Source: Oligoflexus sp. (GTDB lineage: Bacteria > Bdellovibrionota_B > Oligoflexia > Oligoflexales > Oligoflexaceae). From it: a stretch of DNA of 10,463 nt. A program made the position numbers and the translations under genes. The first letter of the stretch is position 1; each line of letters begins with the position of its first letter. The notes under the pieces were generated by a model. The model had not been told where the DNA came from. It did no database searches and saw nothing but the letters and a program-made list of their open reading frames with translations. The DNA lies in contig JBGSTX010000348.1 of assembly GCA_041736305.1 (NCBI GenBank), positions 1 to 10,463 on the forward strand. Direction: 5' to 3'. Shown piece by piece: positions 7,063-10,463 of the stretch.

Positions 7063-8499
7063 CTAGGTCAAGCTCTGGGCCCAAGCCGCGGCGAGGCGGT
7101 CTAGAACAGGCACACTGAGACCTGGAATCTGAGCTTGGCGACTGCTTTCCAGCATAGCATCGGCTGGAGTGAGACCGCGTTCAGTAAAAGTTTCATAAAA
7201 TTTTTCAAAAAGCTTCGGACTTTCTGGATCCTGAAAACACTGAGGTAGCCTCGCGAAGCCGTCCATTGCCAGCCGACTCACCTTCTGCGCAAGAGTCGCC
7301 ATCTTCGGATCATCAAGTCCTTGGAGCGATAGTTTCCAGTGCTTGAAGAGATCTGGTCTCAGTGGCAGCAGGAGGTCGAGCAGTGCATTGAGACTGGTGT
7401 CATCGTAAAGCAGACCCGTGTAGAAGGCCGAAGGTACCATCTGCCAGAACCTATGCTGGCAATCGACGGAACGAAGCTCGATGAAGCCCCGCGCGCGCAC
7501 TTCGGGGAACATAAGGGAAAGATGGGTTTGAAAGTCTTTGAGAGTCGGCCTTACGCCTTCGACCCCATGCTCTACCCAATCTCTGAAACTGAGCTTCGTT
7601 TCTATGGCTTTATAGTTGAGCTTTTCGACGAAGACGACGCGCCCTTGCATAACCTTTTCCAGGTAAGCATCCACGCAGGCACGGCGATTGAGTCGGCGCA
7701 CTACTTCATCGAGCTGAGTGAAGCCGGTCCGCGTCGGATCCATCTTCTGCCACACTGCCCCGCGATTGGTTTTGAGACCCGTAGGCTGACCTTCCAGGAA
7801 AGGTGAGTTCGCGAAGATAGCTGTAGCAAGCGGAGCGACGAGATTGCTCGCCAAATAGCGTTTAGCGAGCATTTCTTCGCTGCCGCCGAAGTCGAGATTG
7901 ACCTGTATCGTACAGGTCTGCCGCATCATGCGGCGGCCGTCGGGCCCATCGGCAGTAAAAAACCGATCCATCGCTTTGTAGCGCGGCTTGGTCATTTGGA
8001 GACCGATTTCATCCACGCTTAGCCATGGATTCATACCAATCTGGAAAATCCGTATCCCAGCCTGCTCGGCAGCCTTATCGAGCCAGGCCTGTACCTGGGA
8101 GACGCGCTTTGCAGCTTCAAGAAGACAGGGGTAGGGACGGGTAGAAAACTCCAATTGACCACCGGGTTCGAAGCTGATCTGGTCGGCGTCTTCGAGTTGG
8201 ATATTCAGCAGGTGATCTGGTTCTTCGGGAAGGACATTGTAACGCCAGTCCTTATGCTCCTTTTGCATAGACCCAAGGTACGTCGCCAAACTATTGGATC
8301 CGAAGAGAGCTACGGTCGAAGGTTTAGCTTGCGTTAAACTCGCCTTCCGTAGGGGGAGCATTTCAATTTCTATACCGACCTGACCAGGCCACTGCGGATA
8401 CTTTACGCAGTAATCGGCTGAACGGAGTGGAAATACTTTTTCTTGAATGTACTCGAAACACCCGGAGGCAGTGATCAAATCCTGGGCATCGTCAGCCAT
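7063..8499 (-). CDS. gshA: Glutamate--cysteine ligase, GCS2 family (plant/alphaproteobacterial GshA or EgtA-like)
   Basis: Motifs GIEIE, ISFEPGGQLEFS, MMRQTCTIQVNLDF, AIFANSPF and HLSLMFPEVRARGFIELRSVD. The start is uncertain: ATG 8499 (GGA 7 nt upstream), ATG 8511/8514, or the ORF-track TTG 8568, which falls inside a likely regulatory palindrome. Confidence 0.88.
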   Translation of the reverse strand: MADDAQDLITASGCFEYIQEKVFPLRSADYCVKYPQWPGQVGIEIEMLPLRKASLTQAKPSTVALFGSNSLATYLGSMQKEHKDWRYNVLPEEPDHLLNIQLEDADQISFEPGGQLEFSTRPYPCLLEAAKRVSQVQAWLDKAAEQAGIRIFQIGMNPWLSVDEIGLQMTKPRYKAMDRFFTADGPDGRRMMRQTCTIQVNLDFGGSEEMLAKRYLASNLVAPLATAIFANSPFLEGQPTGLKTNRGAVWQKMDPTRTGFTQLDEVVRRLNRRACVDAYLEKVMQGRVVFVEKLNYKAIETKLSFRDWVEHGVEGVRPTLKDFQTHLSLMFPEVRARGFIELRSVDCQHRFWQMVPSAFYTGLLYDDTSLNALLDLLLPLRPDLFKHWKLSLQGLDDPKMATLAQKVSRLAMDGFARLPQCFQDPESPKLFEKFYETFTERGLTPADAMLESSRQAQIPGLSVPVLDRLAAAWAQSLT

Positions 8500-8554
8500 G
8501 ATAGTTTCCATCATTGAGGGATAAAAGGCCCTCGGGTCAAATAAAGCCCGCTTT

Positions 8555-8578
8555 GCCTGGTATACCAAGCCTATAATA
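8555..8578 (-). promoter_or_regulatory. Palindromic operator-like site (core TGGTATACCA) next to a -10-like TATTAT, upstream of gshA
   Basis: GCCTGGTATACCAAGC (8555-8570) is a 16-bp palindrome with one mismatched pair and a perfect 10-bp core at 8558-8567. Minus-strand TATTAT at 8578-8573; no good -35. Confidence 0.4.
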
Positions 8579-8658
8579 GTGCACCTTATACCTTAGGCGC
8601 TCGAACTTCCACAACAGTGCTCGAGCTTGGAATCAGCTCATCTGAAGCCGGCACTCGC

Positions 8659-8692
8659 AAAAATGCCACGGTTGGAAATCCAGGTCCGTGGC
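8659..8692 (-). terminator. Rho-independent terminator after exbD
   Basis: Minus strand GCCACGG-ACCTGGATTTCCAA-CCGTGGC-ATTTTT: a 7-bp GC stem with an inner TGG/CCA extension and a T tract, 25 bp after the exbD stop. Confidence 0.65.
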
Positions 8693-8717
8693 GGCTGCAG
8701 CGGGTTCCGTCGCTTGC

Positions 8718-9131
8718 TTACTCAGCTTCGACTTCAACATTGATGGCAAAGTTGGAGATGCCGTTTTTCCGAACAGCGTCGATCAGCTTCACAACTTCGC
8801 CATGTGGAGTCTTCACATCAGCCGAGATCAGAGCCTGCACATCCGGCTTCTGCTGCTTACGTTCAGCGATAATACCCGGCAGTTCTTCGTAAGTAAGGGG
8901 CTTACCATCGAGGAAGAGCGCAGAGTCTTTGTCAATGCTGAAACCAAGATTGGCCGCTTCGCTAGCCGCTCCAGTAGCTGCCTTTGGCAATTCTAGGTTG
9001 ATGGACTGATTCGTGATGTAGTTGGCAGTGACCATAAAGACGATCAGGAGCACCAACATCACGTCGACTAGCGGGGTGACGTTGATATCATTAATACCCT
9101 CGTCTTCATTCATTGAGGATCCGCCGGCCAT
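8718..9131 (-). CDS. exbD: Biopolymer transporter ExbD/TolR-family protein
   Basis: DINVTPLVDVMLVLLIVFMV transmembrane segment with the conserved Asp, plus LELPKA and ISAD..TPHG.VV..ID..R..G. SD AAGGAG upstream of the ATG. Confidence 0.93.
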   Translation of the reverse strand: MAGGSSMNEDEGINDINVTPLVDVMLVLLIVFMVTANYITNQSINLELPKAATGAASEAANLGFSIDKDSALFLDGKPLTYEELPGIIAERKQQKPDVQALISADVKTPHGEVVKLIDAVRKNGISNFAINVEVEAE

Positions 9132-9142
9132 GCCGCTCTCCT

Positions 9143-9772
9143 TTATTTCGTTGAGAAGTGAGCTATCATTAGATTCTTCATCGCCTCAGCGTTGGCCACT
9201 TTGCGTTTAACGACCCTCTGGTAACCATTGAAGGCGATAACCGCAGGAATAGCGACGATCAGGCCGACAGCAGTTGCGATCAGGGCTTCGGAGATTCCTG
9301 CCATGACCACGGAAGGACCACCAGCTGGGTTGGCTGAGAGGTTGTGGAAGGCCTGAATAATTCCCAGAACCGTACCGAAAAGTCCGATAAAAGGTGCGTT
9401 GTTACCGAGGGTGCCGAGAATGACCAGCCCGTGATCCAGCTTCTGTCTTTCGCCAAACAAGAAGCTCGTCATGCTCTGCTCCATTGCGCTGACGCCCTTA
9501 TCGCGGTAGTTGAGACCTCTTAGAAGAGTTTGGGGCTCGATAGAAGGGGAGTTTTGGCAGACAGTTCTGATGCCTTCGATATCTTCGTTGATAAGTTTTT
9601 GGGTAACGGTTTCCGAGAATTCGGCGAAGTTAAGACGAATGCGGGTGTAAAAAATCGCCCTTTCCACGATGACTCCGAGTGAGATGACGCTCAGAGCCAA
9701 GAGTAGCCAGAGAACCCATTCACTGCCGAGTAGTGTAACGGCGAGCAATTTATCGACGATATTAACGCCCAT
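9143..9772 (-). CDS. exbB: MotA/TolQ/ExbB proton-channel family protein
   Basis: N-terminal TM (WVLWLLLALSVISLGVIVER), LGTLGNNAPFIGLFGTVLGI and GISEALIATAVGLIVAIPA. SD AGGAG at 9787-9783; an in-frame stop lies immediately before the ATG. Confidence 0.93.
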   Translation of the reverse strand: MGVNIVDKLLAVTLLGSEWVLWLLLALSVISLGVIVERAIFYTRIRLNFAEFSETVTQKLINEDIEGIRTVCQNSPSIEPQTLLRGLNYRDKGVSAMEQSMTSFLFGERQKLDHGLVILGTLGNNAPFIGLFGTVLGIIQAFHNLSANPAGGPSVVMAGISEALIATAVGLIVAIPAVIAFNGYQRVVKRKVANAEAMKNLMIAHFSTK

Positions 9773-9799
9773 TTAGCTTCAACTCCTATAATTCAGGAT

Positions 9800-9860
9800 G
9801 CGCGCAGCGCGCTCCCCTCCGTTTTCTATTATCCTCATCCGTGCGCAACGCGCACCCTCC
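9800..9860. repeat. Imperfect direct repeat of a ~20-bp GC-rich palindromic unit upstream of exbB
   Basis: GCGCGCAGCGCGCTCCCCTCC (9800-9820) vs GTGCGCAACGCGCA-CCCTCC (9841-9860), 17/21 identical. Each copy contains an inverted repeat. Confidence 0.6.
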
Positions 9861-9888
9861 AATTTCTGTTTTCCAATTTCCTTCTCTC

Positions 9889-10413
9889 TTATCCCCGCGT
9901 CTCACAGATCAACTTAGCCATAAAATCCTCATAAAGTGTCAGGCTAAGTAGGTTCTCGCCCATGATGGACGAAGACACGCGGATGAGCGAGCTATCATTT
10001 TCCGCCTGATAGATAGTCACGTGATCCAGGGCCGAGCGGTCTCGAATAAACTGCGAAGAACTAGCGATCTTCGCCGCTCTCGATATGACCCAACCCTTAG
10101 GAGCGGCTTCAACCAAGTAACCGCGCTCGCTCCATCCTTGCAGATAAAAATAAGCCCGCGAACCAGCCAAATTGCCTGCCTCCCACAAAAACTGAGCAGG
10201 TGCTCCAGCACCGGCTTTAGTCCTTTGCCTCATATTATACATGCTGTCGCGAAAATGCAGAAAAGCGGCGTGGATGCTTTGTGCAGCAAGGGCTGGAATC
10301 CACTCCTGCTCGCGTTTCCGCCCGCGGCTTCCGAGAACGAGGGAACGTTCGCGCGTCTGGGCGAGTTTGGAGCCGGAGGCCGACTCAGGAGCTTTGGACT
10401 TTTCTTCGTCCAC
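9889..10413 (-). CDS. Hypothetical protein (possibly 5'-truncated)
   Basis: ORF of at least 174 aa, co-oriented with exbBD, that fills the space and has a plausible globular C-terminal part. The frame stays open upstream of GTG 10413 to the window edge. No family recognised. Confidence 0.6.
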   Translation of the reverse strand: MDEEKSKAPESASGSKLAQTRERSLVLGSRGRKREQEWIPALAAQSIHAAFLHFRDSMYNMRQRTKAGAGAPAQFLWEAGNLAGSRAYFYLQGWSERGYLVEAAPKGWVISRAAKIASSSQFIRDRSALDHVTIYQAENDSSLIRVSSSIMGENLLSLTLYEDFMAKLICETRG

Positions 10414-10463
10414 CGCACTGCGCCAGCCTAAGAGGGGTCTAAAGCTCTGTAAGATTTCTCTAA

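Noticed and set aside
5877..8337. Antisense ORFs opposite gdh and gshA (e.g. 7339-7806, 155 aa), considered because long antisense ORFs have been claimed for GDH loci
   Set aside because: All are short and fragmented with no family motifs; explained by codon bias of the sense genes.
8572..8577. Perfect TATAAT on the + strand (possible antisense promoter or promoter for ORFs 8617/8688)
   Set aside because: No -35 at 16-18 bp and no extended TG; the downstream + strand ORFs are shadows of exbD.
9843..9862. Possible sigma54 promoter (TGG...TTGC) upstream of exbB
   Set aside because: The TGG-to-TTGC spacing is 2 nt too long for the GG-N10-GC rule, and the GGCAC context is missing.
9773..9888. 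Cobalamin riboswitch or Fur box, which are common upstream of Ton-system genes
   Set aside because: No B12-box elements and too short. Only a single GATAAT half-site is present, not a 19-bp Fur palindrome.
9798..9917. Plus-strand mini-ORF MRAARSPP...RAQRAPS containing RAPP-like arrest motifs
   Set aside because: It is antisense to exbB with no credible downstream + strand gene to regulate; the motifs are a by-product of the GC-rich repeat.
10021..10431. 136-aa + strand ORF at the right end
   Set aside because: It overlaps the longer minus-strand ORF that is co-oriented with its neighbours, and its Arg/Ser-rich composition is typical of antisense frames.

Overview
Bacterial chromosomal window (about 50% GC) with mostly housekeeping and signalling genes and no mobile element, rRNA/tRNA or CRISPR. 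The + strand carries a 5'-truncated YtfJ-family gene and a stand-alone M23 metallopeptidase with no signal peptide. These are followed by a PAS-PAS histidine kinase translationally coupled (ATGA overlap) to an RsbQ/KAI2-like alpha/beta hydrolase. The converging - strand carries a hypothetical gene (open to the window edge), an ExbB/TolQ + ExbD/TolR pair without TonB, a GCS2-family glutamate-cysteine ligase and a ~1025-aa large NAD-glutamate dehydrogenase of the ~115-kDa type. The protein styles loosely suggest a Bdellovibrionota/Oligoflexia or other deltaproteobacteria-like host (weak inference). Best candidates for new biology: (1) the kinase-RsbQ module, a possible hydrolase-gated two-component sensor; (2) a structured, duplicated, GGA-rich leader with a possible uORF upstream of exbB; (3) a GntR/FadR-like palindrome upstream of the glutamate-cysteine ligase gene. 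No clearly novel large system can be demonstrated from sequence alone.
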